Below the pieces are notes generated by a model. It was given only the letters and a program-made list of their open reading frames with translations, was not told the DNA's origin and ran no database searches. The translations under genes and the position numbers were made by a program. Shown here in pieces: positions 9,240-17,614 of a stretch of DNA of 64,000 nucleotides (position 1 is its first letter; every line of letters starts with the position of its first letter). The DNA is taken from positions 1-64,000 of IMG/VR virus record IMGVR_UViG_3300044818_000015; one strand, 5' to 3'. The DNA comes from a virus.

Positions 9240-9523
9240 AATCCCGCGCGCTCGTGCCGACGCTGACGCAGGTGGCCATCCTCAAGCACATGGCGAGCGA
9301 CGGCTGGATCTTGATCGAGGACGCCTCGCACGTAGGCCAGACCGGCGTATGGCTTCTTAATAAGGAAGGGAAGCCGAAGCGCCGGATCAGCGGCAACACC
9401 CTCAAGCCCCTGCTCGAGCATGGTTGGATCGAGCCCATTCCTAATCGCCCCGGCTTTCAGCAGATCGCGAACGAAGGCCGCCACCACCTACCTGTCTACC
9501 AAAAGGGGGCGCGTGGTGCGTAA
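9236..9523 (+). CDS. hypothetical (winged-helix-like) protein
   Basis: ATGA-coupled 95-aa ORF. Confidence 0.65.
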   Translation: MKSRALVPTLTQVAILKHMASDGWILIEDASHVGQTGVWLLNKEGKPKRRISGNTLKPLLEHGWIEPIPNRPGFQQIANEGRHHLPVYQKGARGA

Positions 9524-9721
9524 GTCCTTTGTTTTTGAATGGCGAATATCAGATCTGATATATGCTCACTGAAAACACAGAGCTTATTTCCGCGAAAAGC
9601 GCAAACCGGACGCAAATTGCGTCCGCTGGCCGCCCCGAAGTTCTCAGGCTCCTGAGAACTTCGGGAGTCGGGTCGGCACCTAAGTCCTTTAATAAAGGTA
9701 GGCGCCTATCAGATCTGATAT
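9521..9721. repeat. palindrome/direct-repeat cluster, candidate replication origin or operator
   Basis: ATATCAGATCTGATAT 9546-9561 with its core again at 9707-9720; 41-bp imperfect direct repeat offset by 160 bp; IRs at 9607-9625 and 9634-9665. Confidence 0.7.
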
Positions 9722-11702
9722 GTCCAGGGGGCGCTCATCGATGAGGAAGGGCGACGACAGACCCAAGCCATCGCAGCCGAAGTTACCGGCGAAGGAAGCG
9801 GCCCAACCCTCCAGGCAGTGCTCCATTTGCCGCCTTGTTTCCACGTCGGAAGATATCTTCCGCACGCGCAAAGACGATGGCGCCATTGTCTGCGTTGATG
9901 ACCGGGACTGCCGCACGCGGCTGCTCTCGATCGCTCTGGGAATCGAGCTCCAGCAGGCCAAGTGGCTGTTCTTCAAATACCCGCGGGATCGCGTATACCG
10001 CGAGATGGACATCCGCCCGAAGGACTGGAGGGTCACCGGCTGGGTTCCGCGCTACACCATGCGGGAGAGGGTCAAGGCGTGCATCCTCTATCACTCCTGG
10101 TGCTACCCGGTGTCACTCGATTATGCCGTGCAGCTTGCCGGCACTCTGCCCCGGGTCGGCCGGGACGACCCCGACCCCGATGCCATCCTGTGCGACGATT
10201 TCAACCGGCCCCGGCCCCTAAAGGTGATGGACATCGGCCGCATCCTCAATGAAGACTGGCAGGGCAACGTCTCCCGGGCCGTGACGCAACTCCGGGTGAT
10301 GAAGGAAATCCGCGTCGACGAGGACCATGTGCTCTCGCCCGCGGCCAAGCTGCTCGATATGTCGATCGAGGAGCGCCGCGCCTTCCAGGGCATCCAGGCG
10401 CCGGAGTCCCAGGAGGGAGTGCCGGAGGAAATTCAGGCCTTCCGCAAACTCCTCAAATCGACGCCCAAGCACCTGCGCTGGAAAGTGGCCTTAATCCAGG
10501 AGCAAGTTCCCTGGGATATCAGATCTGATATATTCCACAGGATCGAGGATGCGTGTTCAGCGTTCTCGGCAGGGCTTGGAACCCTCAGAACTGATAGGAA
10601 CACGACTATCCAAAAGGAGTGTTCACGCGCCGCCTACCTTATACCAGACTTGGAGAGGTCGAGACCCCCAGCCCAGCGAGCGAGCATTCCTTTCGTAGAC
10701 CCGTCTCCTGCCGCAGTTCCTGACGATCGCTCGCAGGTCAATCCCCCATCCTCCACAACAACGCCGGAGGGTGAGGTTGTGCGGCTACCCAGGGATACCG
10801 GCGGGGATCTGAAGAGAATCCGGACCGCGGTGGAAGAAGCATGGGGAGCCCCGCTCCAAGGTGGTGAGGCCGACCCGATACCGGCGCAGTTACTGGCCAT
10901 CGCGGAGAGTCAGAAGATTCCGGTAACCGCCCTCGAGCTTTGGTGCGCCGCCTTCGCGGCGAAGAAGGCCGCGGATAACGTGGCCATCGAGAGTCCCAAC
11001 CTGTTCGTCCATGCGGCGCCGCGCGCGCTGCGGCCGTGGTACGCCGGCAACCGCGCTCAGATCGGCGCGGAGCAGGCCCGCCGCGTGCAAGCCGCGGAGA
11101 TGGCGGCGCGCGCCAAGCAGCCGAAGATCCGGCCGCACCGGGAAGACCCCCGCACCGAGTGGGCCGCTGCCAAGGCGCGCTTGCGGGACAGCGTGAGCGA
11201 GGATAGCTTCACCAATTGGTTCGAGGGCACCTACCAGCTCGCACGGCGCGGCGACACCCTGCTGGTGGCGGTCGATTCGGACGCGAAGATATTTCTCGAA
11301 CGGGAGTACTCGCGCGAGGTCGCGGAAGCTGTCCAGCCGCTGACGGTGACCTACGTCGAGACCGACCGCGTGCAACTCTTCCACACGCTTTTCGGCCGAA
11401 TCGCCGCCATGCAGTTCGAACTGGGAGCGGCGCACGAAGATCCCGTTTCGTCGCTCGAGGAACAGGGCGACATCGACGCCGTGTGCCTGATCCTCGATGC
11501 CCTCGCCGGCGCCGACATCACCGCATTCTGCGATCACGCCGCCGCCGAGTTCAAAGGCCTCGGCAAGAAACGCGCCTTGGCGAAGATGCCGCCGCGCTCC
11601 GAAGAACTCCCCGGCCGCGCGCGATCGCTCGGCCTGCTGATGGAGTGGGCCAAGGCGTGGACCTGGAGGCAAGTCCACGGCAAAACAAACGAGGGAGGTT
11701 GA
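9720..11702 (+). CDS. putative replication initiator with DnaA N-terminal-like domain
   Basis: WAAAKARLRDSVSEDSFTNWFEGT...TLLVAV...FLEREY resembles DnaA_N; N-terminal HTH-like segment; carries a third copy of the upstream palindrome. Confidence 0.65.
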   Translation: MSRGRSSMRKGDDRPKPSQPKLPAKEAAQPSRQCSICRLVSTSEDIFRTRKDDGAIVCVDDRDCRTRLLSIALGIELQQAKWLFFKYPRDRVYREMDIRPKDWRVTGWVPRYTMRERVKACILYHSWCYPVSLDYAVQLAGTLPRVGRDDPDPDAILCDDFNRPRPLKVMDIGRILNEDWQGNVSRAVTQLRVMKEIRVDEDHVLSPAAKLLDMSIEERRAFQGIQAPESQEGVPEEIQAFRKLLKSTPKHLRWKVALIQEQVPWDIRSDIFHRIEDACSAFSAGLGTLRTDRNTTIQKECSRAAYLIPDLERSRPPAQRASIPFVDPSPAAVPDDRSQVNPPSSTTTPEGEVVRLPRDTGGDLKRIRTAVEEAWGAPLQGGEADPIPAQLLAIAESQKIPVTALELWCAAFAAKKAADNVAIESPNLFVHAAPRALRPWYAGNRAQIGAEQARRVQAAEMAARAKQPKIRPHREDPRTEWAAAKARLRDSVSEDSFTNWFEGTYQLARRGDTLLVAVDSDAKIFLEREYSREVAEAVQPLTVTYVETDRVQLFHTLFGRIAAMQFELGAAHEDPVSSLEEQGDIDAVCLILDALAGADITAFCDHAAAEFKGLGKKRALAKMPPRSEELPGRARSLGLLMEWAKAWTWRQVHGKTNEGG

Positions 11703-11703
11703 G

Positions 11704-12231
11704 ATGGAAGATCCGCTCTGGTACGCCTACATCAAGACAATTGAACTGGCGAACTCAATTTTTCAGGCGATTCAAACCAAGGATGCCGCCTCAGCTCCGC
11801 GAGAAAGTGTCCGACTGACCCCTGCGTGTCGTCACTGCGACGGCCGTGGATTCCGGCTCGACGGTAACCGCGTTGCCTCCTGGTGCACCTGCGAGACCGC
11901 CTGGGCGGTGAAGGCGAAGATGTCCACTTTTGTCGAGGAGTGGAACCAGCGCGTCGAGTTCGGCCAGTTTGGCTCCGCTCCAGCGCCGCAACCGGTAGTG
12001 GACGCGCTTCCGCGGCCGGCCATTCCCGACGCTCGATACCTTGAGCCGCAGTACACCGGTGCCGCGACACATGCCGAAACCGACGAGCCCATGTGCGAGG
12101 AGTGCGGCCGGCCTTTCGGTCCTCCCAGATGCGGAACGTGCGGCGAGCATCTGATCTGCACGTCTTGCGACCCGCAGGCGAGTCTCGGTAGCTCTTCTCA
12201 AGACGTGCCCGACGAGGAAAAACTCGGATGA
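11704..12231 (+). CDS. Zn-finger protein
   Basis: CRHCDGRG...CTC and CEEC/CGTC/CTSC motifs; GGAGG RBS. Confidence 0.75.
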   Translation: MEDPLWYAYIKTIELANSIFQAIQTKDAASAPRESVRLTPACRHCDGRGFRLDGNRVASWCTCETAWAVKAKMSTFVEEWNQRVEFGQFGSAPAPQPVVDALPRPAIPDARYLEPQYTGAATHAETDEPMCEECGRPFGPPRCGTCGEHLICTSCDPQASLGSSSQDVPDEEKLG

Positions 12232-12389
12232 CACCCGCCCAGCAACTCGAACACGACCGCCGGAACCAGGAAGCCACCGTATCCCTCGCCCGCGAAATCC
12301 TGGAGCGCCCGCAGGACTTCACCGCGGCCCAGCTCGCCATGGCCCGCGACATTCTGGCACCCCACGACGTGCCCGAAGAAACAGGCTGA
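12228..12389 (+). CDS. hypothetical protein (53 aa)
   Basis: Hand translation MTPAQQLEHDRRNQEATV...; ATGA coupling. Confidence 0.6.
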   Translation: MTPAQQLEHDRRNQEATVSLAREILERPQDFTAAQLAMARDILAPHDVPEETG

Positions 12390-12473
12390 AACCTATCGGA
12401 CGCGGGAGCCTGGCTCGACCGCGTTTGAGACATCAGAGCCAGATTGGTTCAACTTTGAAGGAGGCAAACCAAC

Positions 12474-12758
12474 ATGAACGAAATCCCAAACGCGGGAGCC
12501 ATTCCCAAACATAACAGTCCTACCCTCCTCTCCCTAAATGAAGGGGAGAGGAACGACGCCGACACTGCGCCACGCGCACCGGAGGTTCCTGCCGCCCCCG
12601 ATGCTGAGGCTGGGCCGAACCGGACGTTTACCCGGCGAGAGTACCTGGTAGCGCTTCACGATCTCCGGATTCGACGTGACGCGCTGAATCTCGCGATCCG
12701 CGGGCTGGCGTCTGCGCTCGAAACCGGAGCGATCCTGGATCCGAAGGTGCAGCCGTGA
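12474..12758 (+). CDS. hypothetical protein
   Basis: AAGGAGG RBS. Confidence 0.7.
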   Translation: MNEIPNAGAIPKHNSPTLLSLNEGERNDADTAPRAPEVPAAPDAEAGPNRTFTRREYLVALHDLRIRRDALNLAIRGLASALETGAILDPKVQP

Positions 12759-13090
12759 GCGGCGAGGTGCTCGTGCGCGGCCAGGCCGGAGAGTTGCGCG
12801 CTTCGCTTGTGCACATCTTCACGCGGGAGAATATCGGGCATTCGACGGAAGCCCCAACCATCCGCAATATGGTGCTGTCTGTCTTGGCCCTGCCAGGGGT
12901 TAACCGCGTGGCCTACCTCGTCACACGGTCGTTGGTGCCATTCTTCCTGATTGACCTGGCGGGCTACTGGGTTGACGTACTCCAGAACCCGGTGAAGATT
13001 GCGCGGTTCAATCCTGATATGCCACGCGCATCGGGGCAGGGCGCCGACACTGGTTTCGACGCTGGGCCGGGCCGGAAGGCGGGCGTATGA
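12755..13090 (+). CDS. hypothetical protein
   Basis: GTGA coupling. Confidence 0.6.
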   Translation: MSGEVLVRGQAGELRASLVHIFTRENIGHSTEAPTIRNMVLSVLALPGVNRVAYLVTRSLVPFFLIDLAGYWVDVLQNPVKIARFNPDMPRASGQGADTGFDAGPGRKAGV

Positions 13091-13365
13091 AAAAGACGAA
13101 GACCCAAAAGACGAAGACCCAAACCGATGTGGACGACGCTTTTCATATCGGCATATGCGTAGCCTTGGCTGTCATCTACGATGCAGGGGCTGAGGGCATA
13201 GCTGAAGAGCTGATAGGCTGCTGCGGCGCAGGAAACCTATTGCGAGTGGCCCGAAAGAACGCGGAGCCGTGCCGCGCCGATCTGATTAAAACCGTGCGCC
13301 AGATGCGGATGGACGAACGCTGGCGCAAGACGATGGCAAGGAAGCGAATGGAGGCTGCATCATGA
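13087..13365 (+). CDS. hypothetical protein
   Basis: ATGA coupling. Confidence 0.65.
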   Translation: MKKTKTQKTKTQTDVDDAFHIGICVALAVIYDAGAEGIAEELIGCCGAGNLLRVARKNAEPCRADLIKTVRQMRMDERWRKTMARKRMEAAS

Positions 13366-13841
13366 GCGCACCACGGCGAAAGATGCCGGCCCCTGAGCAC
13401 GAGGCGGAGATGGCGCTCCATTCTTCCCACATTCACCTGCCGAGCGTCCATATCCGCGACAAACACGGGAACGGGTTCGACTACGACGAAGATCTCTACA
13501 TCGAGCTAATCGGCCGAAGCGCGCGCCGCCGCGTTCTCCGCGTGGTTCGCCTGGTCGTGATCGAAGGCGGAGCCCCAGTGCTCGTCCGCGAAACACATGA
13601 CCAACTGTGCCGTGAGGAACTGGCCCAACTCGAAGACGACCTGCCGATTCTGATGGACGAAGGGAACCCCGCAGCGGAGGCGATCATGCAGGAATGCGCC
13701 CGCAAGGAGTGCGCGCGCCAGCTCCGGATCGCTGCCGGCGAGGAGCAGGCCTGCGCCCTCTGTGGGTGTTCCGAAACGCGCGCGTGCTCCGGTAACTGCG
13801 TGTGGGCGACGGCTACGCTCTGTTCGAGGTGCGCGTCATGA
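13362..13841 (+). CDS. hypothetical protein with C-terminal Zn finger
   Basis: CALCGCSETRAC..CVW...LCSRC. Confidence 0.75.
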   Translation: MSAPRRKMPAPEHEAEMALHSSHIHLPSVHIRDKHGNGFDYDEDLYIELIGRSARRRVLRVVRLVVIEGGAPVLVRETHDQLCREELAQLEDDLPILMDEGNPAAEAIMQECARKECARQLRIAAGEEQACALCGCSETRACSGNCVWATATLCSRCAS

Positions 13842-14068
13842 CGCCAGCAGACCATGACATACAGGCATTGGCCCAGGCGCTCGACGAGGCGTTGTTCCTG
13901 TTAGAAGTTGCATTGAGCGGATGCGGAATTCCAACTCCCCGCGTCGATAAGGTGCTGGCCCGGCACCGCGTTCTCGTCGTGCGACATAGCCCGAAGGCCC
14001 ACGCTGGCCCAACTTCTACCGCCCCCACCGAAGCGCCAACGGTGCACAAAAAAGGAGATTCCGAGTGA
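13838..14068 (+). CDS. hypothetical protein
   Basis: ATGA coupling. Confidence 0.6.
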   Translation: MTPADHDIQALAQALDEALFLLEVALSGCGIPTPRVDKVLARHRVLVVRHSPKAHAGPTSTAPTEAPTVHKKGDSE

Positions 14069-14295
14069 CCTACACCCAACACGGCGAGCGCGTCACGCTC
14101 GAAATAACCCGCGACATGTACGACCAACTGCTCAGGCTGATCGGCGCCGGGATGGCAACCATGGCCGGCGATCTACTGACCCACGCGAGTAAGGCGGAAC
14201 TTTACCGCCTCCTCGAATTCACCAACGAGCTGAACAACGGCAACCCGAACTACACGCCGTATAGCATCCCGCCCGAGTTCGAAGGGCACAAGTGA
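14065..14295 (+). CDS. hypothetical protein
   Basis: AAGGAG RBS, GTGA coupling. Confidence 0.7.
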   Translation: MTYTQHGERVTLEITRDMYDQLLRLIGAGMATMAGDLLTHASKAELYRLLEFTNELNNGNPNYTPYSIPPEFEGHK

Positions 14296-14311
14296 GAGGC
14301 TGAAACCCATC

Positions 14312-14527
14312 ATGAACGCTAATTACTACGCCAAGCTAGCAACGGAAATACGAGAGATTGAATCTGGTATCAGCACGTCCAGAGATGACAAGTACTCGCC
14401 GAAAAGGCTGGAATCGCTGGTTCACTTGAAGTTGGCAGCTTCAGGCTTACAGAGTATAGCGGAAGCTCTGGCACAGGAAGAAATTACTTCTACGGGCGCG
14501 GCGGGAGGCGCGGGCGATGGCAAATAG
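14312..14527 (+). CDS. hypothetical protein
   Basis: 71-aa ORF in operon. Confidence 0.6.
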   Translation: MNANYYAKLATEIREIESGISTSRDDKYSPKRLESLVHLKLAASGLQSIAEALAQEEITSTGAAGGAGDGK

Positions 14528-14873
14528 CACGCCGGACGGGGGCCTCGTTAGTCGTCGGGATGGAATTCTGCGGGAACTCGACGAACTTTGTGTGCGCTGT
14601 ACGATTACAGGTTTCATCGGACCCGCGATGGTGATTGCCACCTTACACGGCGCTATTTGCGGTGAGCGTGACCGCATCGCCGAGGGCCGCAGTAGAATCG
14701 ATCCGCCTGATTTCGCCCGGCGGCTCGCCATCGCTCTGTTAGATGCCGCAGAGGCCGAGGACGGATTAGTCCTCGACGACGTGCGCGGGGCATTGGGCGA
14801 CTTTTTGCCGCATCCGGCGACTTCCCCCACTGGGCCACCGCAGCACGCGCCCGAAGAAGGAGCGAAGCCGTGA
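14517..14873 (+). CDS. hypothetical protein
   Basis: GGAGG RBS. Confidence 0.55.
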   Translation: MANSTPDGGLVSRRDGILRELDELCVRCTITGFIGPAMVIATLHGAICGERDRIAEGRSRIDPPDFARRLAIALLDAAEAEDGLVLDDVRGALGDFLPHPATSPTGPPQHAPEEGAKP

Positions 14874-15118
14874 TCGCAACTCCGCAGGAGATTCAAGACG
14901 CGCAAGGCTATCTCGTCGTCGCTGGCTTCGAGCCTTTCACGGTAGGCGACATTCTGACAGGGTGGAATTCGTCAGTTCCGCTGGAGTCACTCGGGAAAGT
15001 GGTGGTCATCGGCTTGGCAACACGCCAAGAATGGGATGAGCAGTTCGCTCGGTTCCTTTGCCTAGATGTGAACCTCCCCCAAGGCATCGCCCACTTTGCG
15101 AAGGTCGTGGCGGAATGA
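14870..15118 (+). CDS. hypothetical protein
   Basis: AAGGAG RBS, coupled. Confidence 0.65.
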   Translation: MIATPQEIQDAQGYLVVAGFEPFTVGDILTGWNSSVPLESLGKVVVIGLATRQEWDEQFARFLCLDVNLPQGIAHFAKVVAE

Positions 15119-15167
15119 GTCCCGCGCCCGACACACCGCAGCACGCGCCCGAAGAAGGGAGCCAGCC

Positions 15168-15308
15168 ATGAAATCGCTGGCCTGCCATCTATTTCACCGC
15201 AAGCACTGGAAGTGCCTTACCTCTCTCAATCTGACCATTGGACCCGAGTATTTATTTATGTTCTGCACCCGTTGCCTCAGAGCTTGGGAAGAAATCGAGG
15301 AGCCATGA
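15168..15308 (+). CDS. small Zn-ribbon-like protein
   Basis: MKSLACHLFHRKHW...CTRCLRAW. Confidence 0.55.
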   Translation: MKSLACHLFHRKHWKCLTSLNLTIGPEYLFMFCTRCLRAWEEIEEP

Positions 15309-15751
15309 AAGCCCAGTCCGACCGGCTCTACTCCTACCGCGAGGCAATGCGGCTCACCGGATCCACTCCCCGGCAACTGCAATGGTGGGACGAGAAAGGG
15401 ATTGTCCAGCCGCGGCACATAGGCCACAAGCGGTGCTATCAGGCTGCCGACCTGCTCCGGCTCATGATCGTGCAGGAGCTCCGCCGAAAAGGCGTCAACC
15501 CGATCTTTGCGCGCCGGCTGAAGGTCATCGCCGCTGATTTTCTGCTGATCGAGGTGAAGCCGGGCTGTGGCCATGGCAACTGGGAGACCACACGAGGCCG
15601 CGATCGCTTCACCGCATACGTTAGCCACTGGGAACACTCGCCCGAGGCCGCAATCGCGCGGATGGAGAAATCGCCATCGGGTTTCCATCTTGTCTACGTC
15701 GGCGAGTTGCGGGCGAAGTTAGAGCAACGAACGAACGGAGGAAAACGATGA
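15305..15751 (+). CDS. MerR-family HTH protein
   Basis: YSYREAMRLTGSTPRQLQWWDEKGIVQP...RCY...LRRKG. Confidence 0.85.
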   Translation: MKAQSDRLYSYREAMRLTGSTPRQLQWWDEKGIVQPRHIGHKRCYQAADLLRLMIVQELRRKGVNPIFARRLKVIAADFLLIEVKPGCGHGNWETTRGRDRFTAYVSHWEHSPEAAIARMEKSPSGFHLVYVGELRAKLEQRTNGGKR

Positions 15752-16494
15752 AGGTTGAATTGAATGGCGAAACGTACCGGATCGAGTTCGAGCACGGGAG
15801 CGGCGACGGCCAACACACGGCGGAGTACACCACCTGCCGGATTCAACAGGTCGAAGTCGTGCACAACATGCGCGATACGGAGGCGCTGGTGACCGTGGCG
15901 GAAGGAACGGCGGTTCGCTACTACAAAGACCCACCGAATCGCGAGATGGCGCGGAAAGCGGCGCTGGCGAAGGCGCTCCAGAGGTTGGATCGCGAATTTG
16001 AAGTGGAGTCCCTCAATAAGGCCCGCCGCAAGCTGTTCTGGGATGCCTACCTCGGGCGAAAGCGCGCGCCGCCCGTTGAATTGGCGCGGATGCCGCAGAC
16101 GGCCGTGGAAGCGGCAGAGTTTTTCGCCAAATACGGAAACGTAGGCCGCGCCAAGGAACTGCTTGCGGTGCTCCCCACTGAGGCACAGCTTCGATCGGCG
16201 TGCGACATGGCCCGCGCCAACGGGCAACCCGCCGAAGTGGTCAACGCAGCCTCCGCGCTGATAATGGCGCCGCCGGCGTATAGTCCGAAGCTGGTTGGGA
16301 AGGTCACCCGGAACGGCCGGGGATGGGACGTCACGTTTTCCTGTGGCCACACCGTCTGGTGGGCCGTCGAACCACCACGGGAATACGAGATCTGCGCGGA
16401 GTGCCTCGATGAGTTCGCGACCGAGCTGCGCGAGCTGCAGAAGAGGTCGGGCAGCCTCACCGCCAAGCCTGGTCTGACCGCCCCTATCGAATAG
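15748..16494 (+). CDS. hypothetical phage protein
   Basis: KDPPNREMARKAALAKAL motif; C-terminal CGH..CAEC; GGAGG RBS. Confidence 0.75.
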   Translation: MKVELNGETYRIEFEHGSGDGQHTAEYTTCRIQQVEVVHNMRDTEALVTVAEGTAVRYYKDPPNREMARKAALAKALQRLDREFEVESLNKARRKLFWDAYLGRKRAPPVELARMPQTAVEAAEFFAKYGNVGRAKELLAVLPTEAQLRSACDMARANGQPAEVVNAASALIMAPPAYSPKLVGKVTRNGRGWDVTFSCGHTVWWAVEPPREYEICAECLDEFATELRELQKRSGSLTAKPGLTAPIE

Positions 16495-16521
16495 ATCGTT
16501 CAAATCTAAAAAGGAACCCCC

Positions 16522-16698
16522 ATGACAAAGCTAACCGGAGGAAAGACCATCACTCGGGAAACGGACGTCTACGAGCGCACACGCCCTTTAGTAGTGGAAC
16601 TGCACCCCAAGTACTTGACCATCCGTTTGAAAGGGGAAGGTGAGCCTTTAATGGTCAGCTACGGCGAGCTGTTGAAGATGGCCAGGAGGAAAAGGTGA
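16522..16698 (+). CDS. hypothetical protein (58 aa)
   Basis: Hand translation MTKLTGGKTITRETDVYERTRPLVVELHPKYLTIRLKG...; AAGGA RBS. Confidence 0.7.
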   Translation: MTKLTGGKTITRETDVYERTRPLVVELHPKYLTIRLKGEGEPLMVSYGELLKMARRKR

Positions 16699-16982
16699 CA
16701 CGCGCAAAGAAGTCGAAGGGCGGGCCCGCTACTGAGGCTGGGCCGCTGCGCGAGGTGCAATTCCTCATCGAGCGGGAGTGTCCGGAGGCGGGCGACGTCC
16801 CGACGAACCTCGAGGAGTATCCGGCTGCGGTGTTCGTCTATTGGCCGCCAACCGGGAAGCCCGTTCTCCGGTGCTCCTCGCCGCGCTTCTACATCATGCT
16901 GGACAGCGAGGCGGTCCGCCTGGGGTATAACTCCGCCGATCGCTGGTATGTCTGCGAGCACATGGGGAGGATCATCGAGTGA
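16695..16982 (+). CDS. hypothetical protein
   Basis: GTGA coupling. Confidence 0.6.
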   Translation: MTRAKKSKGGPATEAGPLREVQFLIERECPEAGDVPTNLEEYPAAVFVYWPPTGKPVLRCSSPRFYIMLDSEAVRLGYNSADRWYVCEHMGRIIE

Positions 16983-17024
16983 TCGCTCCGCGGCCCCGGT
17001 GCACGAAAAGGGAACAGGCTTAGA

Positions 17025-17363
17025 ATGCCTTCCCCCTATGATCACCACTGGCGCACGTATGACCGTCCCGCCGTACTGAAGCGAGTAGGAGGCCAGTTCC
17101 ACAAGAGGCGCTACGTCGGTTACGCCCATTGCGAACGGTGCAAGTGGAAAGAAGGCTTCCTCTATGCCGGCCAGCGCTCGAAGCTCGAGATCGCGCACCT
17201 GGACGGCAATAACCGAAACGGGAAGCCTGAGAATCTGGCGTGCGTCCCGTGCCACAAGCGCCAAGACTATCCGCTGTGGGCTGCCCGCTGCCATCGTACG
17301 CGATACGGGAAGAAGGACTGGAAGCGCCCGCTACTGATTCACCAGGAGGAACTGAGCCTATGA
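17025..17363 (+). CDS. HNH endonuclease
   Basis: CERC...LEIAHLDGNNRNGKPENLAC.PCH. Confidence 0.85.
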   Translation: MPSPYDHHWRTYDRPAVLKRVGGQFHKRRYVGYAHCERCKWKEGFLYAGQRSKLEIAHLDGNNRNGKPENLACVPCHKRQDYPLWAARCHRTRYGKKDWKRPLLIHQEELSL

Positions 17364-17614
17364 AATTCCACGAAGCGCAAGACCTGTCGAAGCGCGGCTA
17401 CTCCTGGTTAGTCGAGGGGGAAACCTACGCCGTCGTATTTCAAACCGAGTCTCCGGATATCGGGATCTTCTGCCGTCTTTGCCGCCAGATATCGCACAAC
17501 CTGAACGACATCAGCCATCTGTATTGCGGCAACTGCCATCGATTCCATGAGCGTCCGGCGAATACTCCCGCGCCCGCCGCACCCCAGCCCGTGCCCGAAG
17601 GAAAAACAAGTTGA
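17360..17614 (+). CDS. Zn-binding hypothetical protein
   Basis: IFCRLCRQISHNLNDISHLYCGNCHRFH. Confidence 0.7.
   Translation: MKFHEAQDLSKRGYSWLVEGETYAVVFQTESPDIGIFCRLCRQISHNLNDISHLYCGNCHRFHERPANTPAPAAPQPVPEGKTS

Noticed and set aside
8790-9523. Active IS630 element
   Set aside because: No DDE catalytic ORF, terminal inverted repeats or target duplication seen.
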